The notes under the pieces were generated by a model. That model saw only the letters and a program-made list of their open reading frames with translations, was not told where the DNA came from and searched no databases. Made by a program: the position numbers and the translations under genes. 56,665 nucleotides of DNA from a virus. The stretch lies in the IMG/VR virus record IMGVR_UViG_3300035039_000184; one strand, written 5' to 3'. Below are positions 40,125-49,395 of this stretch, piece after piece (within the stretch, counting starts at the first letter, position 1; each line of letters begins with the position of its first letter).

Positions 40125-40301
40125 TGATATTTCTCTCCCTTCCTGGTGTTTTTTCACTTCGATAAAATTTGATTCTTAGCTCCGTGATGGTTGATAGCTA
40201 CTGGAAAGATATTGCTGTCACTTTAGTTGAGAAAAGTTTATAAATACCTCCCTTTGAGAAATTTACTTCAGAAATTTGCCTATTAATCAACTTATATAGC
40301 A

Positions 40302-40330
40302 AAAATACGCCCAAAAAGTCATGCTGTCAA
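40302..40330 (-). promoter_or_regulatory. candidate - strand promoter
   Basis: On the - strand: TTGACA (40330..40325), 17 nt, TATTTT (40307..40302). Confidence 0.35.
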
Positions 40331-40357
40331 GCATAATTTGCTTAAAAAGTCAATTAC

Positions 40358-40389
40358 TTGCCTAAATTCTCAAAAAAATGTGGTAAAAT
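40358..40389 (+). promoter_or_regulatory. candidate + strand promoter with extended -10 (late operon leader)
   Basis: TGgTAAAAT at 40381-40389. TTGCCT at 40358-40363 is 20 nt upstream, which is suboptimal spacing. Confidence 0.35.
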
Positions 40390-40488
40390 ATATAGTGTGT
40401 AGTTGTGTCAGTAAAGATATTGTAATAAACAGTTGCTGCCATTGTTACTACCTCCTTATAAATGCTCCTGTTGCAGCAGGAGCAGGAA

Positions 40489-40526
40489 GGGCCGCCTAAA
40501 CACCCCCAGGCGGCTCTTTTTATTTG
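40489..40526 (+). terminator. rho-independent terminator inside the leader upstream of terS
   Basis: Stem (g)gccgcct/aggcggc(t), followed by ctttttatttgtattt. It is preceded by a second perfect hairpin tgctcctg/caggagca (40463-40484). Confidence 0.6.
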
Positions 40527-40620
40527 TATTTAATTTTAACGAGCTCAATAGAGCGATTCTAAGGGGTATGACTTTGTAGGGTGCGTATGATTTCATCCTC
40601 TTCTATAGGAGTGATTTTTC

Positions 40621-41199
40621 GTGACAAAAAGAGACAAAAAACTCACGGACAAACAGATGATGTTCTGTCACGAATACGGAAAGGACATGAACGCTACCCA
40701 GGCTGCGATACGTGCAGGATATTCAAAAAGGACGGCAGCAGCTATGGGACAGAAGCTCCTCAATCTTCCTCACGTAAAAAACTATCTCTCAAAGCTGACA
40801 AACTGCCGATTTGAAAACGTTAACATCGAGACAGAGGCCGTGTTGAAGGAGCTCGGAACTCTCGCTTTCAGTTCGATGAAAAACCTCGCACGATGGAGTG
40901 ATCCCGAAGGAGTGGTAGTTAACAGCTCTGATGATATCCCAGACGATATCGCACGCTGCATATCCTCAGTAGAGGACGTGATCGACAAGGACGGAAACAA
41001 ATGCGGCGTCAGGATAAAGCTTCACGACAAGATCAGACCTCTTGAGATCCTCGCAAAATACGTGAACATTCTCGTTCAGCCTGCTTCCGGAAAGAAGGAC
41101 GATCCGGTCCATACGAAGGATCTGGGAGCGATCCTGGAGAAAGCCTGGGCAGAGGTAGAGCAGGAGAAACAGGAGGCTGAAAAGGAAAATACAGAATGA
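40621..41199 (+). CDS. terS: terminase small subunit (Terminase_2/P27-type), GTG start
   Basis: LTDKQMMFCHEYGKDMNATQAAIRAGYSKRTAAAMGQKLL is the typical N-terminal HTH of this family. It lies directly upstream of terL. Confidence 0.8.
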   Translation: MTKRDKKLTDKQMMFCHEYGKDMNATQAAIRAGYSKRTAAAMGQKLLNLPHVKNYLSKLTNCRFENVNIETEAVLKELGTLAFSSMKNLARWSDPEGVVVNSSDDIPDDIARCISSVEDVIDKDGNKCGVRIKLHDKIRPLEILAKYVNILVQPASGKKDDPVHTKDLGAILEKAWAEVEQEKQEAEKENTE

Positions 41200-43136
41200 T
41201 CCAGGTAGAGGAAAGGATTGTTGCTGCCACAAAGCAGTTCATTCTACATCCTGTCCCGTTTGTGCAGAAAGTGATCCATGCAGAACCGGATACATGGCAG
41301 AGAGATGCCCTGAATGCCCTGGTCACGGAACCGCGTATCTCCATCATGTCAGGGCACGGAGTCGGAAAGACTTCGTTTGAGGCTTTTTCAATTCTCTGGT
41401 TTCTTGCGACACGTCCCTATTGCCGGGTTGTGGGCACTGCTCCTACGTTTCCTCAGTTGATGGACGTGTTGTGGCCGGAAATCGGCAAATGGTTGAACCG
41501 TTCAGACCTTTCGGACGTGTTCAAGTGGACCAAGACAAGGATCTACTACACAGGAGATCCGGAAAACTGGTTTGCCACTGCGAGGACATCGAATAAACCG
41601 GAAAACCTGGCAGGCTTTCACGAGAGGCATATCCTATTTGTCTGCGATGAGGCGTCAGGTATCTCTGAGGATATCTACGAGACCATTGAAGGAGCTCTTA
41701 CAACTGACGGAGCGAAACAGATCCTCTGCGGAAACCCAACGAAGAATACAGGAACATTTGTTGACAGCTCGGACAGAGACAGGGCCCTTTACTGGTTCCG
41801 GCGTGTTCCCTGCTACGAAAGTCGGCTTGTCAGCCCTGCCTACTGGGAACGGCTTGCACGAAAGTATGGAAAGGACAGCGATGTATATCGAGTTCGCGTT
41901 GAGGGGCTGCCTCCGAAGGCCGAGCCTGATGTTCTGATTCCCATTGATCTGGTCGAGAGCGCGATTAACAGGGACATAGAGACGGAAGACGATCCTGTTG
42001 TCGAGCTCGGAGTCGACGTTGCCCGTTTCGGAAACGATGAGACCGTCATTGCAGGAAGGGTCGGAAACATACTGACAAGGCTGGAGACACGGCACGGACA
42101 GGACACCATGGTCACTACAGGGATGGTCATTTCAACGGCCATGCAGATGCACGAGGAATACCACCCTTCATATATAAAGGTAAAGATCGACGATGACGGA
42201 GTAGGCGGAGGCGTCACGGACAGGGCGCGTGAGATAGTCCGCGAGAAGAAGCTGCCCATACAGATAGTCTCCTGCCACAACGGAGGCAGGGCCTACAACC
42301 GGGACATGTTCCGAAACTGGGGCACGGAAAGCTGGGTGCACTTCAAGAATCTTCTCCTGGACGAAAAGATATCCCTGATCGAAGACGAGGACATGGTAGG
42401 GCAGTTCAGCACAAGGAAATACCGGACCCTCTCAAGCGGACAGATGCAGCTCTGGACGAAAGAGGAGATGAAAAAAGAGGGAGTATCTTCACCGGACAGG
42501 GCGGATGCAATTGTGCTCTGCTTTGCCGAGACGGAAGGAGTTGCGGAGATGGTAGTTCCAGAGTTCGAACCGGGAAAGCACATTGTGAAACCTCCGAAGT
42601 TCGACCGGGCGGATCCTCGCTACATCGCGATAAAGCCCATTCCAGGAGGCAAAATGTCGGCTCTCTGGCTGACAGTCACGAGGGAAGGAGGTATGTATGT
42701 ATCCGATGAATTTACAGAGAGCACCACTGTAGCGGACTTCTGTCAGTTGGTAAGAAGAAAGACCGGAGTTGATCCGGTGGCAATGCATATCATTGATCCG
42801 AAAGCATGTCTGAGAAACGGAGTGACAGGCGAGATCTGGGCAAATGAATTTAGAAAGAACGGATTGCCGGTCATCGAAGGTGCAAAGGACCATAATCGGG
42901 GGATCATGCTGATACGTGAGCAGCTATCAGGTTCCGTAGGCAGGCAGGACCTCAAGATCTGTTCTCACTGCACCGAGACGCTCAGACAGCTTTCGACATG
43001 GCAGACAGGACATGAAGAGGATGACAGGTTCGCACTCATGCAGTGTCTGTGGAGAATTCTCAGTGTGAACCCAAAGTGGCAGGACATGGATAAGTTCGAC
43101 GAACCTCTTGAATACCAGGAGGCAGACGTGCCGTAG
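41196..43136 (+). CDS. terL: terminase large subunit
   Basis: Walker A SGHGVGKTS and Walker B ILFVCDEASGI, with a C-terminal nuclease-like half. 646 aa. Confidence 0.85.
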   Translation: MIQVEERIVAATKQFILHPVPFVQKVIHAEPDTWQRDALNALVTEPRISIMSGHGVGKTSFEAFSILWFLATRPYCRVVGTAPTFPQLMDVLWPEIGKWLNRSDLSDVFKWTKTRIYYTGDPENWFATARTSNKPENLAGFHERHILFVCDEASGISEDIYETIEGALTTDGAKQILCGNPTKNTGTFVDSSDRDRALYWFRRVPCYESRLVSPAYWERLARKYGKDSDVYRVRVEGLPPKAEPDVLIPIDLVESAINRDIETEDDPVVELGVDVARFGNDETVIAGRVGNILTRLETRHGQDTMVTTGMVISTAMQMHEEYHPSYIKVKIDDDGVGGGVTDRAREIVREKKLPIQIVSCHNGGRAYNRDMFRNWGTESWVHFKNLLLDEKISLIEDEDMVGQFSTRKYRTLSSGQMQLWTKEEMKKEGVSSPDRADAIVLCFAETEGVAEMVVPEFEPGKHIVKPPKFDRADPRYIAIKPIPGGKMSALWLTVTREGGMYVSDEFTESTTVADFCQLVRRKTGVDPVAMHIIDPKACLRNGVTGEIWANEFRKNGLPVIEGAKDHNRGIMLIREQLSGSVGRQDLKICSHCTETLRQLSTWQTGHEEDDRFALMQCLWRILSVNPKWQDMDKFDEPLEYQEADVP

Positions 43137-43145
43137 AAAGGAAGG

Positions 43146-43475
43146 ATGAAGATGTCTGAAAAAGCGACAGGATTTGAGATGTTATTAGTGTTTTTGGTGG
43201 CTATAGCTTCAATGGTTCTTCACGGGGCTATTTTTTCTGTTTTATGGGAATGGTTTTTTGTTCCTCTTGGTCTTCCTGGAATATCTATTGTTCACGCAAT
43301 GGGGATTGGCATAACAATAGCCTGGTTAACTAAACCAGCGAGCAAAAAGCCAACAGATAAGGACTCTTTGGATAAGTGGGAAAACATCAGGCGACAACTT
43401 GAATCCTTTAAACAGGTCTGGATATACGATCTTATTACCTTTGGAACTTTATACATTGTTCATGTATTTGTTTAG
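43146..43475 (+). CDS. hypothetical membrane protein (3 predicted TM segments)
   Basis: 109-aa ORF with hydrophobic segments LLVFLVAIASMVL, FSVLWEWFFVPLGL and GIGITIAWL. Confidence 0.5.
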   Translation: MKMSEKATGFEMLLVFLVAIASMVLHGAIFSVLWEWFFVPLGLPGISIVHAMGIGITIAWLTKPASKKPTDKDSLDKWENIRRQLESFKQVWIYDLITFGTLYIVHVFV

Positions 43476-43484
43476 ATAGAAAGG

Positions 43485-43862
43485 ATGGGGAAAATGGAGA
43501 CTGAGAAGTACGGATACTGGTTTATAGTTCCGTGTGCGGGTCGAAAGGACCTATTGGGATGTGAAACTATGTATGAAGAAACCCTTGCGAATGAAAAACT
43601 TTACGAGGATGAACTTATCCTTAGTGATATTGTAAACACTTTATCGGATTCACTACGTGCTATAAAACAAGGCATTGGCATCATATCCGATACAAAGACT
43701 TGCAGTGAGTGGCTTGAAGAGCAGGGAAAGTTTTCTCCATATGCAGAGCTGAGGTGCACAAGTTCTCTTCAGCCAGTATATGATGGCAGGCGTACTATAA
43801 AGATAAGACTTGAGTTAATAGAACCGGAGAATGTGGATTATGATGACACCTCAGAGGCATGA
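43485..43862 (+). CDS. hypothetical protein
   Basis: 125-aa ORF with SD aaaggatgggg upstream. Confidence 0.5.
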   Translation: MGKMETEKYGYWFIVPCAGRKDLLGCETMYEETLANEKLYEDELILSDIVNTLSDSLRAIKQGIGIISDTKTCSEWLEEQGKFSPYAELRCTSSLQPVYDGRRTIKIRLELIEPENVDYDDTSEA

Positions 43863-43884
43863 AAATTAGAGAGAAAGGAAAAAA

Positions 43885-44310
43885 GTGATGTCCAAGAAGA
43901 AACCATATGTAGAAGATCCACTTGAAATAGCTAAGGAATTGGTGGCGAAATGGCAAAAGATTCTGTATCTGCAACCGTGGAATATCGTTGTGGACACTGC
44001 GAGCAGGGATGATATGGAGACTGACGGACAGGCCGAGGTGTCTCTCAACAACTACTGCAGAAATGCCCTTGTTAGGATCCTGTCCCCAAAGGAATTCAGA
44101 AAGAGCATGAACGGCTGGGACCAGTATTTCAAACGTGACATAGAACGTTCGGTAGTCCACGAGCTTCTGCATATCAAGATGGATGAGTTTGTGGGTCAAG
44201 TGGATGGCAAAGACGAAATGCTGTACGAGAGGTTTGTAGACAATATGGCAAAGATTCTTGTCGGGATGGAAAGGAGTGGCCATGACGGAAGAAAACAGGG
44301 AAAAAGCTGA
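43885..44310 (+). CDS. hypothetical protein with HExxH motif (VVHELLHIKMDE), zincin-like
   Basis: 141-aa soluble ORF. The HELLH motif is followed 6 residues later by E/D. No family recognised. Confidence 0.45.
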   Translation: MMSKKKPYVEDPLEIAKELVAKWQKILYLQPWNIVVDTASRDDMETDGQAEVSLNNYCRNALVRILSPKEFRKSMNGWDQYFKRDIERSVVHELLHIKMDEFVGQVDGKDEMLYERFVDNMAKILVGMERSGHDGRKQGKS

Positions 44311-44509
44311 AGAGCAGATACTGAAGAGAGTTCAACATGTTAAAAAATATTTCTCTTCGCGGCGTATACCGAGACAGAAGTGGAAATGGATCAATTCCGG
44401 ACTGAGAGGCGAGGAGTGTATCCGTGCCTGCTGTGACTACTGGTGTGCATACATGTTCCGATACTGGAGAATGAAAAAAGAGGCCGAGGAGCTGTGGCCA
44501 TTGCTTTAG
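44282..44509 (+). CDS. hypothetical basic/Cys-rich small protein
   Basis: ATG at 44282 with aaggag upstream. It overlaps the previous gene by 29 nt. Confidence 0.4.
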   Translation: MTEENREKAEEQILKRVQHVKKYFSSRRIPRQKWKWINSGLRGEECIRACCDYWCAYMFRYWRMKKEAEELWPLL

Positions 44510-44597
44510 GCGACACCTTGCCGTCCAGGGTATCCATGGTATCCCAAGTGGTGTGACGGTGGGAGAGACCATAAAACACAGAAGGGAGACTGAAGAT

Positions 44598-44963
44598 ATG
44601 GGAAGAATTATCATCGACAAGGCAGGAGAAAGTTACGAGGGGTGCATTACTAACAATCCTGACTACAATCCATTGAACCTCACAAAGACTCCTGTCCCTG
44701 AAGCTGAACGCAAGAAACAGATTGAGAAAGCGGAGAAGGGAATTGAAGACCAGCTTGGTCCTGAACTACTCGAAAGACTGAAGGATGAGGGACTTGCACT
44801 GCTTGTCGAGCTCATAAACAACGGACCGGCATATGTCGAGGCAAACCTCGAAAACCTTCCGATGGACCCCACAAGGCCGGCAAATGCGAGCAACAATCCT
44901 CTCCAGGTCGGGCTTTCGATGAGCCTTACCAGGGACAGCGAGGAAAGCGAGGATCCCGAATGA
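44598..44963 (+). CDS. hypothetical protein
   Basis: ATG at 44598 with gaagggag 9 nt upstream. 121 aa. Confidence 0.5.
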   Translation: MGRIIIDKAGESYEGCITNNPDYNPLNLTKTPVPEAERKKQIEKAEKGIEDQLGPELLERLKDEGLALLVELINNGPAYVEANLENLPMDPTRPANASNNPLQVGLSMSLTRDSEESEDPE

Positions 44964-45763
44964 TAACTATCATAGCAGGGGAAAACCAGACCTTCATCTT
45001 TTGCGACACCGAAGAGGAGAAAAGCGCGGAAGTACTGAAGGGGCTCGGAAAGGAGATCATAGAGATGGCAGAGGACGAGGAAAGATTTGAACACGCCGGA
45101 GAGATAGGCGACCAGGAAGAGGGTGGATATTCCGAGTGCATAGAGTCGGAATATGACAAGAGGATCTACCAGGAAGACCTTCATCTCGACGGAAGACCTG
45201 AGTATATGAGATTGTTGAAGTTCCAGGGGAACTTTGCGGACGCGGTACATGCCATGCAGAACGGCCTCGCTGTTCGAAGAAAGTCATGGGGAGACGACCA
45301 GTGGCTTGAGATGATGGACACCGTGGGAGCACACGACGACATCTACGTGAACGACGTTCTTATAGTCAAGTGCCCGAACGAGACCTACGACTGTTATCTC
45401 GCGACCGATGAAGACCGGTTCGAGGTGGAGGACTGGGGCCTTGTGGGAGCTCTCAAGTACCGCCTCAAGATGGAACAGGAGAAGTACCGCGAGGACATCG
45501 TTACAGACGACGAGAAGAGGATCCTCGGAAACTTCATAAAGTCCAGGAAGTTCTTTCATAACTACATCATGGAAAGAGGCAGTCATGTGCTGTTCTCCAC
45601 AGACGCCAGACAGAAGCTGTTTGAGGAGATATCTTCAATATATATCCGTGAGAACGTTGAGGAGATAGCCTACCAGACGGGCAAGATCAGCGACAAGGAC
45701 CTGTGGCTGGACTGCGTGATGGCCTCGGATATAGGAAATGAGAAAGGAAGGAATGAGAAGTGA
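44960..45763 (+). CDS. DUF2829 (Tad2-like) domain-containing protein
   Basis: Residues ~88-163 (nt ~45225-45450): NFADAVHAMQNGLAVRRKSWGDDQWLEMMD...YLATDEDRFEVEDWGLV fit the DUF2829 pattern F..A...m..G..v.R..W...D....DW..v. Extra N- and C-terminal regions are present. Confidence 0.6.
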   Translation: MITIIAGENQTFIFCDTEEEKSAEVLKGLGKEIIEMAEDEERFEHAGEIGDQEEGGYSECIESEYDKRIYQEDLHLDGRPEYMRLLKFQGNFADAVHAMQNGLAVRRKSWGDDQWLEMMDTVGAHDDIYVNDVLIVKCPNETYDCYLATDEDRFEVEDWGLVGALKYRLKMEQEKYREDIVTDDEKRILGNFIKSRKFFHNYIMERGSHVLFSTDARQKLFEEISSIYIRENVEEIAYQTGKISDKDLWLDCVMASDIGNEKGRNEK

Positions 45764-46110
45764 TGACCGAATCAAATTGTGATGCGTGCAGAGAAAGGAA
45801 GGGTATAGATATCTTAACTTCGGATGTCTGTGCAGAGGGAGAAGTGGCAAGCAACTGGGACGAGATATTGACCGATCTTTACAATTTAAGAGACAAGGCA
45901 ACAGAAATCTCCGAAAACACGGAAAAAATGACGATCTTCTTCGTCGGAGGCGTCAAGGACCCAGAACCTGTCGAGGGACATGCCAGTAAGGAAGTTGGGA
46001 AACCGGAGAACAGGAGCTACATAGACAGGATCTTTACGCTATTTGGCGAGATAAGAGAGGAACTGTACAAGATAGAGAATAACCATAACAAACTTTCGAG
46101 AGGATACTAA
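45763..46110 (+). CDS. hypothetical protein
   Basis: TGATG overlap with the upstream gene. 115 aa. Confidence 0.5.
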   Translation: MTESNCDACRERKGIDILTSDVCAEGEVASNWDEILTDLYNLRDKATEISENTEKMTIFFVGGVKDPEPVEGHASKEVGKPENRSYIDRIFTLFGEIREELYKIENNHNKLSRGY

Positions 46111-46118
46111 GGGAAAGG

Positions 46119-47069
46119 GTGAAAACCTTGAAACGTACAGGAATTATGTATCACCTGGCAGATCTTGACGGACACTGTTCCGGAGCTCTCGCCAGGTTTT
46201 TTTGTGAGATTGAGGGTTCCTATCCGTGCATGTTCCCCATGAACTACGGATACAAGGTCCCGGAAGAGATCTTCGGAATGGACAACGTGGTAATGCTCGA
46301 CTTCTCCCTTGACTATGACTCCATGTCAGGGCTGAAAGAGGTATTCGGAGACAACTTTGTCTGGATAGATCATCACGGCCCGGCGATCAACGAAATGCTG
46401 GAGCTCTTTATCCATGGGAAACAGAAGACTGGAGAGGCTGCGTGTGAACTGGCGTGGAAATATTACGCACCTTCATTTAAAGAGACGAAGGGTCTCGACA
46501 TGCCGGAACTGGTAGAGCTTCTCGGACGCTACGACGTCTGGGACCAGTCCGACAGCACGAGATGGAGTGAGGAGATACTCCCTTTTCAGTACGGAATGAG
46601 GGTAATGGAGACCTGTCCAAAGCGGAACTATGCATGGTGGCAGGACAGGTTCAAGGAATATATCTATCCCGGTGCTTCCGCATTCGAGAATAAGAAAAGA
46701 CTTTACAGGGTGATTACAGAGAAGCAGCGAGATGGCAGGGTAATACTGGAGTACCAGAAGCAGCAGGACAGGAAGTACATGGACGCATACGCCTTTGATT
46801 GCAAGTTCCGTGGACAGCCGGCAGTTGCCGTCAACCGTGGAATGATAAATTCAAGGAGCTTTGAGAGCGTCTACAATCCTGTCATTCATACGTTCATGAT
46901 TGCATTTTCGAGAAAGAGTAACGGTAAATATATCGTCTCTGTCTATTCAGAGGAAGAGGGAATACATTGTGGAATCATAGCCAAGGAGTACGGAGGAGGA
47001 GGCCATGCCGGAGCGGCAGGCTTTACACTTTCCGTTGATCCCGTTACAGCAGGGGTAATTGAGATATAG
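46119..47069 (+). CDS. DHH/DHHA1-family phosphoesterase (NrnA-like size)
   Basis: Motifs HLADLDGHCS (DxD), VVMLDFS, WIDHHGP (DHH) and EYGGGGHAGAAGF (DHHA1 GGGH). The start is GTG 46119 or ATG 46146. Confidence 0.75.
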   Translation: MKTLKRTGIMYHLADLDGHCSGALARFFCEIEGSYPCMFPMNYGYKVPEEIFGMDNVVMLDFSLDYDSMSGLKEVFGDNFVWIDHHGPAINEMLELFIHGKQKTGEAACELAWKYYAPSFKETKGLDMPELVELLGRYDVWDQSDSTRWSEEILPFQYGMRVMETCPKRNYAWWQDRFKEYIYPGASAFENKKRLYRVITEKQRDGRVILEYQKQQDRKYMDAYAFDCKFRGQPAVAVNRGMINSRSFESVYNPVIHTFMIAFSRKSNGKYIVSVYSEEEGIHCGIIAKEYGGGGHAGAAGFTLSVDPVTAGVIEI

Positions 47070-47078
47070 CCGAAAGGG

Positions 47079-49214
47079 GTGGTGATTTATGACATGCCGG
47101 ACTTGATTGAGGGAGCAGGATATGAGCCTACAGAGGCAGTAGACGCCACTACCGTATCTCTGCTTGACGAAAAGAACGTTGACACAGAGGGACCTCCAAG
47201 TGAGGAGACAATTGTCAGATGGATAAAGGCAGATATTGATGACGCCGAAGAACTCCAGGACGAACTGAGGGAGATTCGGCGTCAATGTTATCAGCTTTAC
47301 AGAGGAAAAAACGCAGACAAGGAGCGTGAGGGCAGAAGCAACATAGTCTCAACGGAGATAATGAACGCAGTTGAATGGGTAATACCATCCCTTATGAGGA
47401 TCTACTTTCAGTCAGATCAGATAGTAGTATGTGAGGGAATGGGCCCTGAAGACGTCCCCAAGGGCGAACAGATGACCCGCGTCCTGAACGACATGTTCAC
47501 ACGCAGACAGGGTGGGTTTATAAAATGCCTTAAATGGTTCAAGGATGCCCTTGTATATGGCCTCGGGGCAGGGAAAATCACCTGGGAAGAGGAATTCCAG
47601 GAGTCCGAGCTTTATTATAAGGAGCTGCCTGAGGATGCCTTTGATCTTCTCACTTCAGATCCCACTATTCATGTAGAGCATTATGTGGTCGAGGAAGAGG
47701 AACAGGAGACAGCAGGACTCGGTAAGCTGGCTACAATGTTCGGAATTCCATCTCAGACAACAGAGCCAATTGTCAAGAAGACATATTCCGATGTAAGGGT
47801 AACGGAGGCTGTAAAGACCTATGAAGGGATAGCCTTCGAGGTCCTTCCTCTTGAGGATTATCTCTACGATCCAAAGGCCGAGGATACCGGGGACTGTGAC
47901 TACCAAATACACAGGGTGGAGCTGTCTATAGATGAATGCCTGAGAAGAGAAGAAGAGGGCATTTACAAGAATGTAGACGAGCTTATCTCCATAGCACAGA
48001 CCGGACAGGAGCCAAACGACGGTAGGGGAGACGCAGAAAAGGCGGAAAGATACGCCGAAAACAACAGGACGGATCCCAACTCAATAAGCACCACTAACGA
48101 TCCTGACCAGATTGGACGCCAGAAGGTGACTGTCTACGAGTGGTGGGGAGACCTCGACATTGACGGAACAGGGAAGCTCAAACCCTACGTTGTGGCAGTG
48201 TGCGAGGACGTTCTGATCCGTTGTGATCCCAATCCATACAATCACCAGAATCCCCCCTTTGTCACATTAAGACCAATGCTTGATATTCATACCTTCGAGG
48301 GTATAGGAATGGCGGACCTGTTGAAGGAAGAGCAGCAGACTCTTACCGCAATAACGAGACAGTATCTCGACAATCTGTCATGGCAGAATAACGGCATGTG
48401 GGAGACGGACCGAAACGCAAGAGTTGAGATGTCGTCTCTTCTCAAGCCAAGACCTGGAGGAGTAGTGAGGACCGACAGAATTGGATCTGTAAAATCCCTT
48501 GCACCTCCCGACATAGCCTCACAGGCTCTGCAGGGTATTGAGTTCATGAGAGATGCCTGTCAGGCGAAGAGTGGAGTCACGAGATATTCACAGGGGCTTG
48601 ACGCAGACGCCTTGAACAAGACCGCCACTGGCATAACGGCTATCATGAGCAAGTCCGATGCAAGGATCGAGCTCATAGCTCGCACCTTTGCGGAGACAGG
48701 AGTAAGAGACCTCTTTGTGATGGCTAACTCCCTTGTGCAACAGTTCATGACCATGGACTATTCGGTCAGGGTATACGGAGAACCAATACAGGTAGCACCT
48801 GACGACGTTAAGGGCAACTTCGATATTATCGTAAGTGTGGGGACCAATCCTGGAAGGCAGGAGCAGATAGCACAGCAGATGCTCCAGCTTATAAACATGT
48901 CCGGGGCTCTCATGCAGAACGGAGTAATGACGGCTGACAACATGTACCAGATAGTTATTAAGCTGCTGGAATGCTGGGGACACAAGGATACAGAGCACTA
49001 TCTCACAGATCCTCAGGTCATGCAGCAGATGCAGGGAACTATACAGGGACTGAGACAGCAGATAATTCAACTGACGGGAGTTGATCCATTTGGACAGCAA
49101 CAACAGCAACCCGGAAATGCAGGAGGAGGTCCAGGCGGCCCAGGAATTCCTGGCCAAATGCCGGCTGGTGGATCTGGAGGCCCTCCGGGAGCTCCACAGA
49201 CACTATCAGGATAG
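47079..49214 (+). CDS. portal protein (candidate)
   Basis: 711-aa ORF positioned upstream of the scaffold and major capsid genes, with a Q/G/P-rich C-terminal tail. Assigned by size and synteny; no motif verified. Confidence 0.6.
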   Translation: MVIYDMPDLIEGAGYEPTEAVDATTVSLLDEKNVDTEGPPSEETIVRWIKADIDDAEELQDELREIRRQCYQLYRGKNADKEREGRSNIVSTEIMNAVEWVIPSLMRIYFQSDQIVVCEGMGPEDVPKGEQMTRVLNDMFTRRQGGFIKCLKWFKDALVYGLGAGKITWEEEFQESELYYKELPEDAFDLLTSDPTIHVEHYVVEEEEQETAGLGKLATMFGIPSQTTEPIVKKTYSDVRVTEAVKTYEGIAFEVLPLEDYLYDPKAEDTGDCDYQIHRVELSIDECLRREEEGIYKNVDELISIAQTGQEPNDGRGDAEKAERYAENNRTDPNSISTTNDPDQIGRQKVTVYEWWGDLDIDGTGKLKPYVVAVCEDVLIRCDPNPYNHQNPPFVTLRPMLDIHTFEGIGMADLLKEEQQTLTAITRQYLDNLSWQNNGMWETDRNARVEMSSLLKPRPGGVVRTDRIGSVKSLAPPDIASQALQGIEFMRDACQAKSGVTRYSQGLDADALNKTATGITAIMSKSDARIELIARTFAETGVRDLFVMANSLVQQFMTMDYSVRVYGEPIQVAPDDVKGNFDIIVSVGTNPGRQEQIAQQMLQLINMSGALMQNGVMTADNMYQIVIKLLECWGHKDTEHYLTDPQVMQQMQGTIQGLRQQIIQLTGVDPFGQQQQQPGNAGGGPGGPGIPGQMPAGGSGGPPGAPQTLSG

Positions 49215-49230
49215 GGCACTTGTGGAGCTT

Positions 49231-49395
49231 ATGAAGGTGGAAGATCCCTATTCGAGAGAGGCTGGATCAATAGTCGCGAGGATACAGGGAGCTAATGACT
49301 TCATAGCGGAGATAGAGGCAACAAGAGAATATTCGGCAAGTGTGATGGTAGCCGACAGCTACATGAAAGAAGATCAGGAAGATCAACCCGGATAA
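49231..49395 (+). CDS. hypothetical small protein (weak)
   Basis: First ATG after the portal stop within ORF 49081..49395. The SD spacing is poor. Confidence 0.3.
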   Translation: MKVEDPYSREAGSIVARIQGANDFIAEIEATREYSASVMVADSYMKEDQEDQPG

